This document shows, piece by piece, positions 1-9,426 of a stretch of 64,000 nucleotides of DNA. Location of the stretch: contig DATKNL010000012.1 of the NCBI GenBank assembly GCA_035541435.1, positions 6,498-70,497 on the forward strand, written 5' to 3'. Made by a program: the position numbers and the translations under genes. The notes under the pieces were generated by a model that made no database searches, was not told where the DNA came from, and was given only the letters and a program-made list of their open reading frames with translations. Each line of letters starts with the position of its first letter. The stretch's first letter is position 1. Source of the stretch: Minisyncoccota bacterium. Lineage in GTDB: Bacteria > Patescibacteriota > Minisyncoccia > UBA6257 > 2-01-FULL-56-20.

Positions 1-1016
1 TACATCCAGGCATTCCCGAGGCGCCGCAATCCATAGCTGAACCCGCGGTAGATGCGCCGCGCAATGATGGTGAGCGGGAAGATCTGCCCGTCGTGGGTAT
101 GGCCGAAGAAGCCGGCGGCAAATCCCTTGGCTTCCGCGAGGTCGAGATGGATCGGCTCGTGCTTCATATAAAGAGCGGGCCTCGCCGGGTCGAGGCGCAT
201 GCCGTCGAGGATCTTCGCGAAATCCTCGCGGCGGCTCGCGGCGCGGTCGTCGAATCCGGCGAGCTGCAGGCCCTGCAGGTCGACGATCTCGTTGTCCAAA
301 ACGCGCACCCGTGCGCCGCGGATGGCCTTCATGAACGCATCGAAGTCCCCGTAATATTCATGGTTGCCCGTGATGAAGAAGGTCCCAAGATCCGGCGCAA
401 GGTCGCGAAGCGGCGCAAGCTGCGCCTCGGCGTCGCACTTCACGCCGTCGAAGAGGTCGCCGCCGATGAGCACGGCCGCCGGATGCTGGGCCGCGATGCG
501 CCGGGCGACCTTGCTCATGAATCCGCGCCCGCGCACGGCGCCGAGATGGATGTCGCTCACGAAGACCAGGACGCGGTCCTTCCAGTAATCGGGGACGTTC
601 GGCAGCGGAACCTCGATCTGCGTGATGCGCGCCTGGCCGCTGATCAGCGTGCCGTACAGGTGGATGGCGAACGCCGCGCCGAATGTGATAACGCCGAGGA
701 CGGCGGTCGAGATGGGAACCTGCGCAAGGACGGCTATCCAGTCAAGCGCCGCGAACGCCGCGCCGCCGATGAAGAGAAAGAAGATGAGTCCGAACCAATA
801 CGAAGCGGCCTTATAGAACCACTGCGCAAGCGGGTTCCTCGAAAACCGCGCGAGGACGGAGCTCGCGACGAACGAGAACGACCAGGCGACGAGGACCGCC
901 TTCGCCGTCCCGCTCGCGAACCCGAACGCCGCCGCAGCGGCCTCGAAGGTCGCGACGTGCACGAGCACGAGGAGCGCCTGCATGACGATAAGAATGATGA
1001 CGAATGCGAGCGGCAT
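1..1016 (-). CDS. Membrane-anchored metallophosphoesterase (calcineurin-like), C-terminus cut by the window edge
   Basis: The minus-strand frame from ATG at 1016 reads MPLAFVIILIVMQALLVLVHV... (TM helices). It then shows VSDIHLG, GGDLFDG, ITGNHEYYGD and GHTHDGQIF phosphoesterase motifs. It is absent from the ORF track because it runs off the window. It abuts the stop of the upstream MFS gene. Confidence 0.75.
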   Translation of the reverse strand, partial: MPLAFVIILIVMQALLVLVHVATFEAAAAAFGFASGTAKAVLVAWSFSFVASSVLARFSRNPLAQWFYKAASYWFGLIFFLFIGGAAFAALDWIAVLAQVPISTAVLGVITFGAAFAIHLYGTLISGQARITQIEVPLPNVPDYWKDRVLVFVSDIHLGAVRGRGFMSKVARRIAAQHPAAVLIGGDLFDGVKCDAEAQLAPLRDLAPDLGTFFITGNHEYYGDFDAFMKAIRGARVRVLDNEIVDLQGLQLAGFDDRAASRREDFAKILDGMRLDPARPALYMKHEPIHLDLAEAKGFAAGFFGHTHDGQIFPLTIIARRIYRGFSYGLRRLGNAWM

Positions 1017-1017
1017 G

Positions 1018-2532
1018 CTATTCGGCGATCACGACATGACCCTGGCCTGCCGACTCTTTGGGCACCTTGATGAGGAACGAGGCGAACGCGCCGATCATGA
1101 CGATCGCGGCGGCGACCTCGAAGACGAACGCATAGCCCGCGACCTGGGCCTTGAGGACCACGAGGCCGATGAACTGGTGCATGACGACCGGCAAGGTCGC
1201 GGGGTTCGTGGCGTGGAACCCGCTCTGCCGGGCGATCGCAAGGACCTTGGCGTTGATCGTATTCGTGAGGAGCGTGCTGAAGATGGCGACGCCGAAGGCG
1301 CCCGAGATGTTCCGCACGAGCGCGAGGATGGCCGACGCCTCGCCGATGTCCTCATGCGGCACGACCGCCGCGACGAGGTTGGTGCGCTGGGCCATGCCGA
1401 ACCCGAGCCCGAACGCCATGATCGACATCGGGATCGAAAGCTGCAGCGCCGTCGAGCGCGGGTCGATGCCGGCGAGCAGCAGCATCGCGAACCCCGCGAC
1501 GAACGTGCTTGCGAAGATGACGACCGACGGCTTCACGCGGCCGATCAGCCGGCCGCCGATGGGGGCCGCAACCATGAGGGCGATCGCGAGCGGAATGAAG
1601 AGGTAGCCGGTCTGCGTCGCATCATAGCCGAGGAACGTCTCGGCGAAGATCGGGATGAGGAAGATCGCGCCTATGAGCCCCATGAACACGATGAAGTTGT
1701 TGGCAAGCGTATTGACGAACGTTCCGATCTTGAAGAATTTGAGGTTGACGATCGGCTCGGGCTCGCGCTGCTCGATGATGATGAAGAGGGCGCCGAAGAG
1801 GACCGTGGCGGCATAGCACGCGACGCTCGCCCACGAAAGCCAGCCCCACGTCTCTCCCTGGTCGAGCACGAGCGTGAGCGACGAGAGCGCGACGCCGAGC
1901 GCCGCGGATCCCCACCAGTCGAACTTCACGGTGCGCTTCTCCCCCACCGACTCGCTGATGAAGGTGATCGCCAGGAAGAGGCCGATGAGGCCGAGCGGGA
2001 TGTTGATGAAAAAGACCGACCGCCAGTTGAAGCTGTCGATCAGCGGTCCGCCGATCAGCGGCCCGAAGACCGAGGCGGCCGCGAAGGCCGACGACCAGAT
2101 GCCGAGCGCCTGCGCGCGTTCCTTCATATCCCGGAACGTCACCGCGATGATCGCCATCGCGGTCGGATAGTCCGCCGAGACGGCGAATCCCTGGATCACG
2201 CGGAACACGATCATCGAGCCGAGGTTCCACGCCAGGGCGCAGAGGCCCGAGGCGATGATAAAGCCGATGAAGCCGATAAGATAGATGCGCTTGCGTCCGG
2301 CCGTGTCGCCAAGCTTGCCCCAGACGGGCACGAAGACGGCGTTCGCAAGGATGTAGGCGGTCGAGATCCAGGCGGCGTCGCTCACGGTGACGCCGAAATC
2401 GCTGATGATCTTCGGCAGCGCGAGGTTGACGACCGTCTGGTCGAGGCGGCCCAGAAAGGTGCCGAAAATGACGGTGCCGAGCACCCACCAGCGGAGCGTG
2501 CCGTTCTTTTCCGTGGAGACGTCGTCCGGCAT
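1018..2532 (-). CDS. MFS drug efflux transporter, DHA2 (EmrB/QacA) family, 14 TM
   Basis: 504 aa with MFS signature motifs (GRKRIYLIGF, multiple TM segments). Confidence 0.85.
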   Translation of the reverse strand: MPDDVSTEKNGTLRWWVLGTVIFGTFLGRLDQTVVNLALPKIISDFGVTVSDAAWISTAYILANAVFVPVWGKLGDTAGRKRIYLIGFIGFIIASGLCALAWNLGSMIVFRVIQGFAVSADYPTAMAIIAVTFRDMKERAQALGIWSSAFAAASVFGPLIGGPLIDSFNWRSVFFINIPLGLIGLFLAITFISESVGEKRTVKFDWWGSAALGVALSSLTLVLDQGETWGWLSWASVACYAATVLFGALFIIIEQREPEPIVNLKFFKIGTFVNTLANNFIVFMGLIGAIFLIPIFAETFLGYDATQTGYLFIPLAIALMVAAPIGGRLIGRVKPSVVIFASTFVAGFAMLLLAGIDPRSTALQLSIPMSIMAFGLGFGMAQRTNLVAAVVPHEDIGEASAILALVRNISGAFGVAIFSTLLTNTINAKVLAIARQSGFHATNPATLPVVMHQFIGLVVLKAQVAGYAFVFEVAAAIVMIGAFASFLIKVPKESAGQGHVVIAE

Positions 2533-2538
2533 GCGATG

Positions 2539-3189
2539 TTAATCCTTATGGATCCAGATGCGCGCGGACATGCCGTTCTTCAGCTCGGGATATTTCGCGG
2601 GATCGAAGCGGACATAGATGTCGAACTCGTTCGTCGGGCGCTGATCGGAGATGTTGAAGACGACGTCGCTCTGCCGCGAGGTCGGGCTCACCTCGTCGAC
2701 GACGCCCTGGTACTGCTTCGAGCCGAACGCGTCGACGGTGAACGTCGCGGCGTCGCCGACCTTCACGTCGGCAAGGCCCTTGTCCTCGTCGAGATGGCCG
2801 ACCACGCGGAGCTGGGTCGGGTCGATCATGGTCGCGACGACGGCCTGGCCGGTGAACGCGTTCTCGTATTCGCCGATGTTCTGATTGACCGAGACCACCT
2901 GGCCCGCGGACTTCGCCTTCACGATCTCGCTGCCCACCTGGGCGACGGGCTCGTCGATCGTCACGGAATCGCCCGCCTTCACGAATACGGATTGCAGCAC
3001 CCCGGAATTGACCGGCGAAAGGTTGACGAGGGGCGCCTGGATGACCGACTGGTCGATATAGACCGTCTGCGAGGAAACGTACCAATACAGCGTGCCGCCG
3101 ACGCCGCCGATGACGACGAGCGCGACAAGGACCGCGATCATGATCCTGCGCCGCCCGCTCCGCTGCACCTGGGGTTCGTGTTCAGCCAT
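2539..3189 (-). CDS. Short HlyD-family periplasmic adaptor (barrel-sandwich/beta-barrel only)
   Basis: N-terminal TM followed by a biotin-lipoyl-like domain (VKAGDSV...AQVGSEI) and a beta-barrel. It lies in an operon between an MFP and the MFS gene. Confidence 0.6.
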   Translation of the reverse strand: MAEHEPQVQRSGRRRIMIAVLVALVVIGGVGGTLYWYVSSQTVYIDQSVIQAPLVNLSPVNSGVLQSVFVKAGDSVTIDEPVAQVGSEIVKAKSAGQVVSVNQNIGEYENAFTGQAVVATMIDPTQLRVVGHLDEDKGLADVKVGDAATFTVDAFGSKQYQGVVDEVSPTSRQSDVVFNISDQRPTNEFDIYVRFDPAKYPELKNGMSARIWIHKD

Positions 3190-3193
3190 AGGG

Positions 3194-4684
3194 TTAGAAA
3201 TTGGTTAATGAGTCGCCCGCGTTCACGCCCGAGACGATTTCGGTCATCCCGTCGTCGCCGACGAGGCCGATGGTGACCGGCTGGCGCGACGTCTGGCCGC
3301 CCTTCTCGACAAGGACATAGTTCTGGTTGCCGTCCTGAATGACCAGGCGCGACGGGACCTCGACCACGTTCGCGTGCTGCCCGAGGATGATATGCGCGTT
3401 GCCGGTCAGGCCGTCCTTGATCTCGCTTGCGGGATTCGTGAAATCGAGATCGACCTCATAGGCCGGTGCGCCGTTCACCGACGTCTGGACGGACGCAACC
3501 GTTGCGACCGTCGCCGGGAATACGGTATCGGTTCCGAACGCATCGAGCGTGACGTTCGCCTGTTCGCCCGTCTTCACTTTGGCGACGTCCGCCTCTGAGA
3601 CGAAGGCCTTGAACTTTATGCCGTTAGCGCTGATGAGGGACACCATCGGCACGCCGGGCGTCACGACCTGGCCGATCTTGGCCGTCACGTTCTCAGCCGT
3701 CCCCGAAAACGGGGCGATGAGCTCGGCATGCTGCAAAGCCACCTGGGCGCTCGAGGCGCCCGCCTGGGCCTGCAGGAGCGCGGCCTTCTGGGCCTCGATG
3801 TCCTGCGACGTCGCACCCGCCTGCGCAAGCGTGAGCTGGTCGACGGCGGCGAGATAGGCCGACTGGGCGGCGGTCACGGCGGTGAGCGTCGTGTTCACCT
3901 CGGTGCGGGCGGTCACGATGTTCACCTTGAAGGCGGCGATCGTGGAGGCCGGCAGGCTCGAGACCTGGCCGGTATTCACGGCGAGGGCGACCTCGTTCAG
4001 GAAGGCCGCGATCTGACTCAGCGTCGAGACGGCGGTCGAGGCGAGCGACGCGGGATCGGAACTCGTCGCGTTCATGGCGGCATACCACGCGGCGAGCGAG
4101 ACGCCCACCTTCACGCGGTCGTTCTGGATGCTGTTCTGCATATTGGTATCGACAAGCTGGATCTGGAAGACGGGATTGCTCCGGTTGGGATTCGTGAACA
4201 TGCCGTCGGTCTGGTTGTGAATCGCGTCATCAGCGGCCGCATAGGCCGAACCGATCGCGGCGCCGAGCGACGCCTTCGTGTTCGTCACGGCCGTCTCGTT
4301 GATGGCGATCTGCTCGGGGCGCGTTCCGCTCTCGAGCGAATCGAGGCGGGCCTGAGCCGCCGCGACGCCGGCATTCGCCTGGTCGAGGGCGGCCTGAAGG
4401 GCCGACGTGTCGAGGCTCGCAAGCACCGTGCCGGCGGCGATCGCCTGGCCCTCGTGGACGTTGAGCGACGTGATCTGTCCCGCCGTCTGGAATGACAGCT
4501 GCGCGCTGTTCTCAGCGTCGACGGTTCCGGGTTCGTCGAGCGACTGGGTCACCGTCCCCGTCGACGCGGCGACCGTGCCGAACGACGGCGCCCGGTTCGA
4601 CGAGACGTACCAATAGGCCCCGCCCGAGGCGAGCACGATGAGGGCGATGAGGATGGGCGTCCGATAGGCTGTGATGAATTTCAT
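3194..4684 (-). CDS. HlyD/EmrA-like membrane fusion protein (long coiled-coil adaptor)
   Basis: 496 aa with an N-terminal TM, an Ala/Gln-rich coiled coil and a C-terminal beta-barrel (TVDAFGTDTVFPATV). Confidence 0.7.
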   Translation of the reverse strand: MKFITAYRTPILIALIVLASGGAYWYVSSNRAPSFGTVAASTGTVTQSLDEPGTVDAENSAQLSFQTAGQITSLNVHEGQAIAAGTVLASLDTSALQAALDQANAGVAAAQARLDSLESGTRPEQIAINETAVTNTKASLGAAIGSAYAAADDAIHNQTDGMFTNPNRSNPVFQIQLVDTNMQNSIQNDRVKVGVSLAAWYAAMNATSSDPASLASTAVSTLSQIAAFLNEVALAVNTGQVSSLPASTIAAFKVNIVTARTEVNTTLTAVTAAQSAYLAAVDQLTLAQAGATSQDIEAQKAALLQAQAGASSAQVALQHAELIAPFSGTAENVTAKIGQVVTPGVPMVSLISANGIKFKAFVSEADVAKVKTGEQANVTLDAFGTDTVFPATVATVASVQTSVNGAPAYEVDLDFTNPASEIKDGLTGNAHIILGQHANVVEVPSRLVIQDGNQNYVLVEKGGQTSRQPVTIGLVGDDGMTEIVSGVNAGDSLTNF

Positions 4685-5106
4685 GGTTCGATGTTTTTTG
4701 CCATTTTTTTCAGGATGGCGATCGCCTGGCGGCGTTCGCGCGCGTCGAGCACCGAAAAAAGCTTCGTGATCCGCCGAAGGTGCGCCTTCTTCCCCTGGGT
4801 GAGATAGCGGAGCCCCTGCGGGGTAAGCGTGAGCCGCACCGCGCGCCGGTCCCTGCGGTCGAACACGCGCGTGAGGAGCCCTTCGCGCACCAGCCCGTCG
4901 ACCAGCAGGGTCGCGGCCGGCGGGGTGATCCTAAAATATCCCGCGACGTCGCGCATGTGCGGACGGTCATGCTCCTTCACATAGCGCAGGGTCTCGAACT
5001 GCAGGAACGACGCCCCCTTGCCGTTTGCCACCCGCCGCATGCTCTCACGCATCGAACGACCTACGGCGAACAAGAGCGAGACGAGCTCTGAAATGTTCGC
5101 ATCCAT
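4681..5106 (-). CDS. MarR-family transcriptional regulator
   Basis: 141 aa winged-helix protein (LQFETLRYVKEH, RRAVRLTLTPQG). It heads the efflux operon. Confidence 0.8.
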   Translation of the reverse strand: MDANISELVSLLFAVGRSMRESMRRVANGKGASFLQFETLRYVKEHDRPHMRDVAGYFRITPPAATLLVDGLVREGLLTRVFDRRDRRAVRLTLTPQGLRYLTQGKKAHLRRITKLFSVLDARERRQAIAILKKMAKNIEP

Positions 5107-5129
5107 AATAGTTAGGCTACTTAACTATC

Positions 5130-7049
5130 TTACCGCACCCGGGCCTCGCGCACAAGTCCCGTGATCAGCAGGTCAAGGTCGATCGTGGCAACCCCGACCA
5201 CCTTGTCGGCGCCGCCATAATAGACATAAAGGATGTTCTTGATCACCACGCTACCGCACGGGAAGACCACGTTCGGCACCACGCCTTCGCGCTCATAGGC
5301 GGGCGTCGGCTCGAAGATCGGATCGTGGGCGCGATAGAGGATCTTGCCCGGATCCTTATAGTCGAGAAGCGCCGCGCGCACGTTATAGTGGCCGGTGCGC
5401 TTCGAGATGCCGTGATAGAGGCAGAGCCACCCGTAATCGGTCTCGATCGGGGGCGCCGTCGCGCCGATGCGGCGGGAATCCCAGGCCGTATCCCGGGGGC
5501 GCATGAGGATCTTGCCGCCCAGGAACTTCGTCGTGCCGTCGAACTCGAGATCGTCCACGGCGTCGATCCAGATGTCCCCGCCCAGGCGGTGCAGGAACCA
5601 GTACTTGCCCTGGATCTTCTTCGGGAAGAGCACGGTGTCCTTGTCGTCGAATCCCGGCGGCGAGATGAGGACGGGCTTCGACCAGATCCAGCGCCGGTTG
5701 ACGAAGTCGCGCACGCTGATCGACGTGAGCGCGACGCGCGGCGGGTCCTGGCCGTCATACGCCGTATAGCACATATAGATGCGGTCCCCTATTTTCGTGA
5801 TGCGCGGATCCTCGCACCCCGAATTGCCGCCCGGCACGAGCTTCGCCTCGAAGCCCTCGCGCGGGACGTAGATCGGATCCTTCAGCCGCTCGTCGATATG
5901 GAATCCGTCCTTTGAGACGGCATAGCCCACGACCGAGGTGTTGTCCTTCCCCATCGCGCGATACAGGATGTGCACCTTCTTGTCCTCATAGATCGCCGCA
6001 GGGTTGAAGACGGCGAAATTCTCCCACGGATGGTCGTCGATCGGCACGAGGATGGGGTTGCCCTTGTAGCGCACGAGCTGCCGCTCGGTCGTGAACGTGA
6101 GCTGGTCGAGCAGGTCGTCGAGCTGCAGCATCGCGAGGCACGAAACGGTGTCGGCCGCGCCATAATAAAGATAGACGTCGTTGCGCTTCACGAGCGCGCC
6201 GGACGGAAAGACGATGTGCGGGATGCGTCCGTAATTCTCATACTCCTCTTCGGGGATGATGAACGGGCGCTTCACCTCGCCCACGATCTTCTGCGGATCG
6301 TCGAGCCCGAGCAGCATCGCCTGGATGCCGAAGATCGGCGGCGGCGCGAAATAGTTATAGATATAGGAATAGAACACGAGCCAGCCCTTCTTCGTCTTGA
6401 TCGGCTGCGAGCCCACCTCGACCTGGTCCCGCTCCATGTTCTGCTCGACGCCGACCACATGATCCTGCCAGTGCTCGTACCATCCCTTCCAGAACGACGG
6501 CGACCAGAGATCCTCGATCGCGTCGCAGAGCACGAGGCAGATGCGCGCCGGCGGCTGATCGGTGTGGATCGTGAAGAGGGCGGCGATCTTGCCGTTCACC
6601 CGCTCCGGAAAGAGCGCCATCGCCTTGGCGTTGAACGGCGTCACGAGATGCCGCTCCTCGATCGTCTGAAAGTCCTTCGTGATCGCGACGGCAACCTTGA
6701 TGCCCTGGGCGTTGAACGCCTCGACCGCGGTATAAAAGATGTAATACTTGCCCTCGAATTCGGTGACGCGCGGGTCCTCGCAGCCGAACTTCTCCCAGGG
6801 ATACTGCGGCGCGATGAGGCGCTCGTGCTTTTCGAAATGGACCCCGTCGCCGCTCACGGCATGGCCGACCGACGAGATCTCAAGCTCCTCATTGTCGATC
6901 TTCTGCTTTGTGGCAACCGCCCGATACACCATATGGAACTTGCCGTTCCGCAGGGCGACCGAGGGATTGTGGGCGGCGATCGCCTCCCAGGGAACCGTCG
7001 GATTCGGAAGCAGGACCGGGTTATGGCTCGATCTTTTTATTAAAGGCAT
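5130..7049 (-). CDS. Tandem double GH130 glycoside phosphorylase (two complete GH130 domains fused)
   Basis: 639 aa. The GH130 hallmarks (HNPSV.., GCEDPR, YYGAAD/YYGGAD) occur twice, at ~1-320 and ~325-639. Confidence 0.75.
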   Translation of the reverse strand: MPLIKRSSHNPVLLPNPTVPWEAIAAHNPSVALRNGKFHMVYRAVATKQKIDNEELEISSVGHAVSGDGVHFEKHERLIAPQYPWEKFGCEDPRVTEFEGKYYIFYTAVEAFNAQGIKVAVAITKDFQTIEERHLVTPFNAKAMALFPERVNGKIAALFTIHTDQPPARICLVLCDAIEDLWSPSFWKGWYEHWQDHVVGVEQNMERDQVEVGSQPIKTKKGWLVFYSYIYNYFAPPPIFGIQAMLLGLDDPQKIVGEVKRPFIIPEEEYENYGRIPHIVFPSGALVKRNDVYLYYGAADTVSCLAMLQLDDLLDQLTFTTERQLVRYKGNPILVPIDDHPWENFAVFNPAAIYEDKKVHILYRAMGKDNTSVVGYAVSKDGFHIDERLKDPIYVPREGFEAKLVPGGNSGCEDPRITKIGDRIYMCYTAYDGQDPPRVALTSISVRDFVNRRWIWSKPVLISPPGFDDKDTVLFPKKIQGKYWFLHRLGGDIWIDAVDDLEFDGTTKFLGGKILMRPRDTAWDSRRIGATAPPIETDYGWLCLYHGISKRTGHYNVRAALLDYKDPGKILYRAHDPIFEPTPAYEREGVVPNVVFPCGSVVIKNILYVYYGGADKVVGVATIDLDLLITGLVREARVR

Positions 7050-7060
7050 AAGGAATGTTG

Positions 7061-8383
7061 TTAGGGTTTTCTGCGGCGAACGATGGGTTCGGCCGTAAGC
7101 TTCGGAACCGCGTGCTTGGTAAGGTCGTTCAGGAAGCGGTCAAGGTTCACCATGGCGACGCAGGTCACGCTGTCGCTGCCGCCGTAATAGACATAGAGCA
7201 TGCCGTCCTTCACCACGGCTCCGCACGAATAGACGATGCCTGCCTTGAACCCGTTGTTCTCATAATCGGCATCGGGTTCGAGGATCGGCTGCTGCGAACG
7301 GTACAGCACCTTCGTCGGATCGTTCTCGTCGAGCACCATCACGCCGAGCTTGTAGCGGCCCGGCTCGCGCGCGTCGATCGCATGATAGAAGAGCAGCCAT
7401 CCGATCCGCGTCCTGATGGGCGGAGGCCCCGCGCCGCGGACGATGCTGTCCCAGCGGCCGGACTTCGGGATCATCTTGCGCGTGCTCGTGATGTAGCGCT
7501 CCCCGGCCTCGAGCTCCTCGAGCGTGTCGAAATAATCGATCAGGATCTCGGGCGAGATGCTGTGCAGGATCGCGAACCTGCCGTTGATCTTCTCGGGGAA
7601 AAGCATCCAGTTCTTGTGGATCTCGCCGGGCGGCGAGATGAGCGCGGCCTTCTTCCACCGCCACTGCTTGCGCAGGAAGTCGTTCACGCTGATCGACGAG
7701 AGCGCCATGCGGATCGAACCCCATCCGTCGAACGCGGTGTAGGTGAGATAGATACGATCCTCGATCATCGTGAGGCGCGGGTCCTCGCAGCCGCCGTTCC
7801 AGCCGCCACCCGAAAGATAGGCGACGGGCGACGCCGTCCCCCGCTCCATCGTGTGCTTGTTCTCGGTGAGCGTCGGCGGGACATAGACCGGCTCGTCGAG
7901 GCGCTCGGTGATCGTGATGCCGTCCTCGCTCGACGCATAACCGAGCACCGAAACGTCGTCGCCGCCGATCGCGCGATATAAAAGATGGACGCGGTTGTCG
8001 GCAAACACCGCGCCCGGATTGAATGTCGCCTTCATCTCCCAGAAATTATGAGGGTGAGGCTGGAGGATGGGATTCTCTTCGTGCCGCTTAAGGGATTCGA
8101 TCGGAGGCGCCTCGAGCCGTTCGCGCCGTTCGCGGATCGCGCGCGCCTCGCGGATCGCGCGAAGCAGCGCCGCACGCCTCGCAGCGCGAGTCGCCGCAAC
8201 CGAATTGGGTCGCTTCGATTTCGGACGGGCTACGCGTCGTTTTGCGGAGACCTTCTTTGCAACCACTTTCCGCGGTCGGACGGTTCTCTTGCTTCGTTTG
8301 GTAAGCGGCATGACGGTTAAATGCCCCGGCGCAAGCCAGAGCTGGATCTCTCTTCCCCTTATTATAGGTTTTTCGGCAATCAT
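7061..8383 (-). CDS. GH130 glycoside phosphorylase with ~95-aa Lys/Arg-rich N-terminal extension
   Basis: GCEDPRLTMIEDRIYLTYTAFDG and YYGGSDSV motifs; the N-terminus reads KRSKRTVRPRKVVAKKVSAKRRVARPKSKR... The start is uncertain (ATG at 8383 or 8311). Confidence 0.7.
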   Translation of the reverse strand: MIAEKPIIRGREIQLWLAPGHLTVMPLTKRSKRTVRPRKVVAKKVSAKRRVARPKSKRPNSVAATRAARRAALLRAIREARAIRERRERLEAPPIESLKRHEENPILQPHPHNFWEMKATFNPGAVFADNRVHLLYRAIGGDDVSVLGYASSEDGITITERLDEPVYVPPTLTENKHTMERGTASPVAYLSGGGWNGGCEDPRLTMIEDRIYLTYTAFDGWGSIRMALSSISVNDFLRKQWRWKKAALISPPGEIHKNWMLFPEKINGRFAILHSISPEILIDYFDTLEELEAGERYITSTRKMIPKSGRWDSIVRGAGPPPIRTRIGWLLFYHAIDAREPGRYKLGVMVLDENDPTKVLYRSQQPILEPDADYENNGFKAGIVYSCGAVVKDGMLYVYYGGSDSVTCVAMVNLDRFLNDLTKHAVPKLTAEPIVRRRKP

Positions 8384-8431
8384 TTGCCGTCACATCTGTG
8401 GATAACCCTGCCGAAGCGCTATAATAAGGGC

Positions 8432-8983
8432 ATGAACAAAATCATCGACCGCTGGATACCCCTCGCATTTGTCATCATTTGCACGCTTGGGGTGACCTAT
8501 TTCGTGGTGCAGCAGTCCTATCGGCAGGCGGCCAACGATCCGCAGACGCAAATGGCGGCCGATGGTGCGGCCGCCCTCGCTGCGGGATCGCCGTGGACGA
8601 CGGTCGTCCCGACGGGAACCGTCGACATATCCCGGAGCCTTGCCCCGTACGTCGTCGTCTATGACGCCTCAGGAATGCCGATCGGCGGAAACGGATTTTT
8701 GAACGGCGCGCTCCCCCGCCTTCCGCAAGGCGTCTTCCCGGCGGCAACGGCGCTCGGCGGTGAGGACCGCTTCACATGGCAGCCCGAACCCGGCGTGCGG
8801 AGCGCCGTCGTGCTTGACGCGGTCTCGGGCGGATCAGGCGGCTTCGTCATGGCCGGTCGGTCGCTCCTTGAAGCCGAGCGGCGCGAAGACCGGCTCGGCC
8901 TGCAGATCGGCGCCGGCCTCTTCGTCTCGCTCGTGGGCAGCCTTATCGTCCTCCTCCTTGCGGAAAGCCGCCGCCGTTCGTAG
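8432..8983 (+). CDS. Hypothetical membrane-anchored protein
   Basis: ATG MNKIIDRWIPLAFVIICTLGV (TM), followed by a Gly/Ala-rich soluble region and a C-terminal TM. Confidence 0.5.
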   Translation: MNKIIDRWIPLAFVIICTLGVTYFVVQQSYRQAANDPQTQMAADGAAALAAGSPWTTVVPTGTVDISRSLAPYVVVYDASGMPIGGNGFLNGALPRLPQGVFPAATALGGEDRFTWQPEPGVRSAVVLDAVSGGSGGFVMAGRSLLEAERREDRLGLQIGAGLFVSLVGSLIVLLLAESRRRS

Positions 8984-9368
8984 GACGCACCTGGATCGAT
9001 TGCGCGGTCACGCTGCCATCACTGTTCTGCGATCCCGTCACGACCACCTGCTCGCCGTTCGTGAGCGCGCTCGATGAGACGAGCGTCGGCTTCTCAATCT
9101 GCGTCGAACTCGAATAGAACACCACTTCGGAATTGCCGTTCGGGAGCTGCACGGTGATGCTTTCCGCGTCCGCCGCGACGATCTGTCCCATAGCGAACCC
9201 GCCGCCCGCGGTTCCCGTTCCCCGTCCGAAGGCGCGCGTCGACGACGCGAACGCGCCGAATCCCGAGCGGCCGCCCGTGGCCGTCATGCTTTTGCCATAC
9301 ATCGTCACGCCGAAGAACGCGACACCGGCGCAGGCGACGGCGATGACCACAACCCAGATTTTCTTCAT
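8943..9368 (-). CDS. Small secreted protein, OB-like domain (paralog of 13298-13825)
   Basis: Signal peptide MKKIWVVVIAVACAGVAFFG. The C-terminal block ...GEQVVVTGSQNSDGSVTAQSIQVRP aligns with GERVVVIGQPGADGEIQARFIRVFP of the 13298 protein. Confidence 0.55.
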   Translation of the reverse strand: MKKIWVVVIAVACAGVAFFGVTMYGKSMTATGGRSGFGAFASSTRAFGRGTGTAGGGFAMGQIVAADAESITVQLPNGNSEVVFYSSSTQIEKPTLVSSSALTNGEQVVVTGSQNSDGSVTAQSIQVRPTNGGGFPQGGGR

Positions 9369-9426
9369 GTCAATGTTTTTTTAATGATTTTTTAACGACT
9401 TTTTTTCAACCGCCCGCCCGAGCGCG

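Noticed and set aside
93-1070. 325-aa + strand ORF rich in R/E/D/G
   Set aside because: It has low-complexity, non-protein-like composition. The opposite strand encodes a clear metallophosphoesterase with a TM N-terminus, so this is a high-GC antisense artefact.
982-3276. 764-aa + strand ORF
   Set aside because: It is antisense to the MFS and HlyD genes, and its Arg/Asp/Glu/Gly composition is typical of GC-rich shadow frames.
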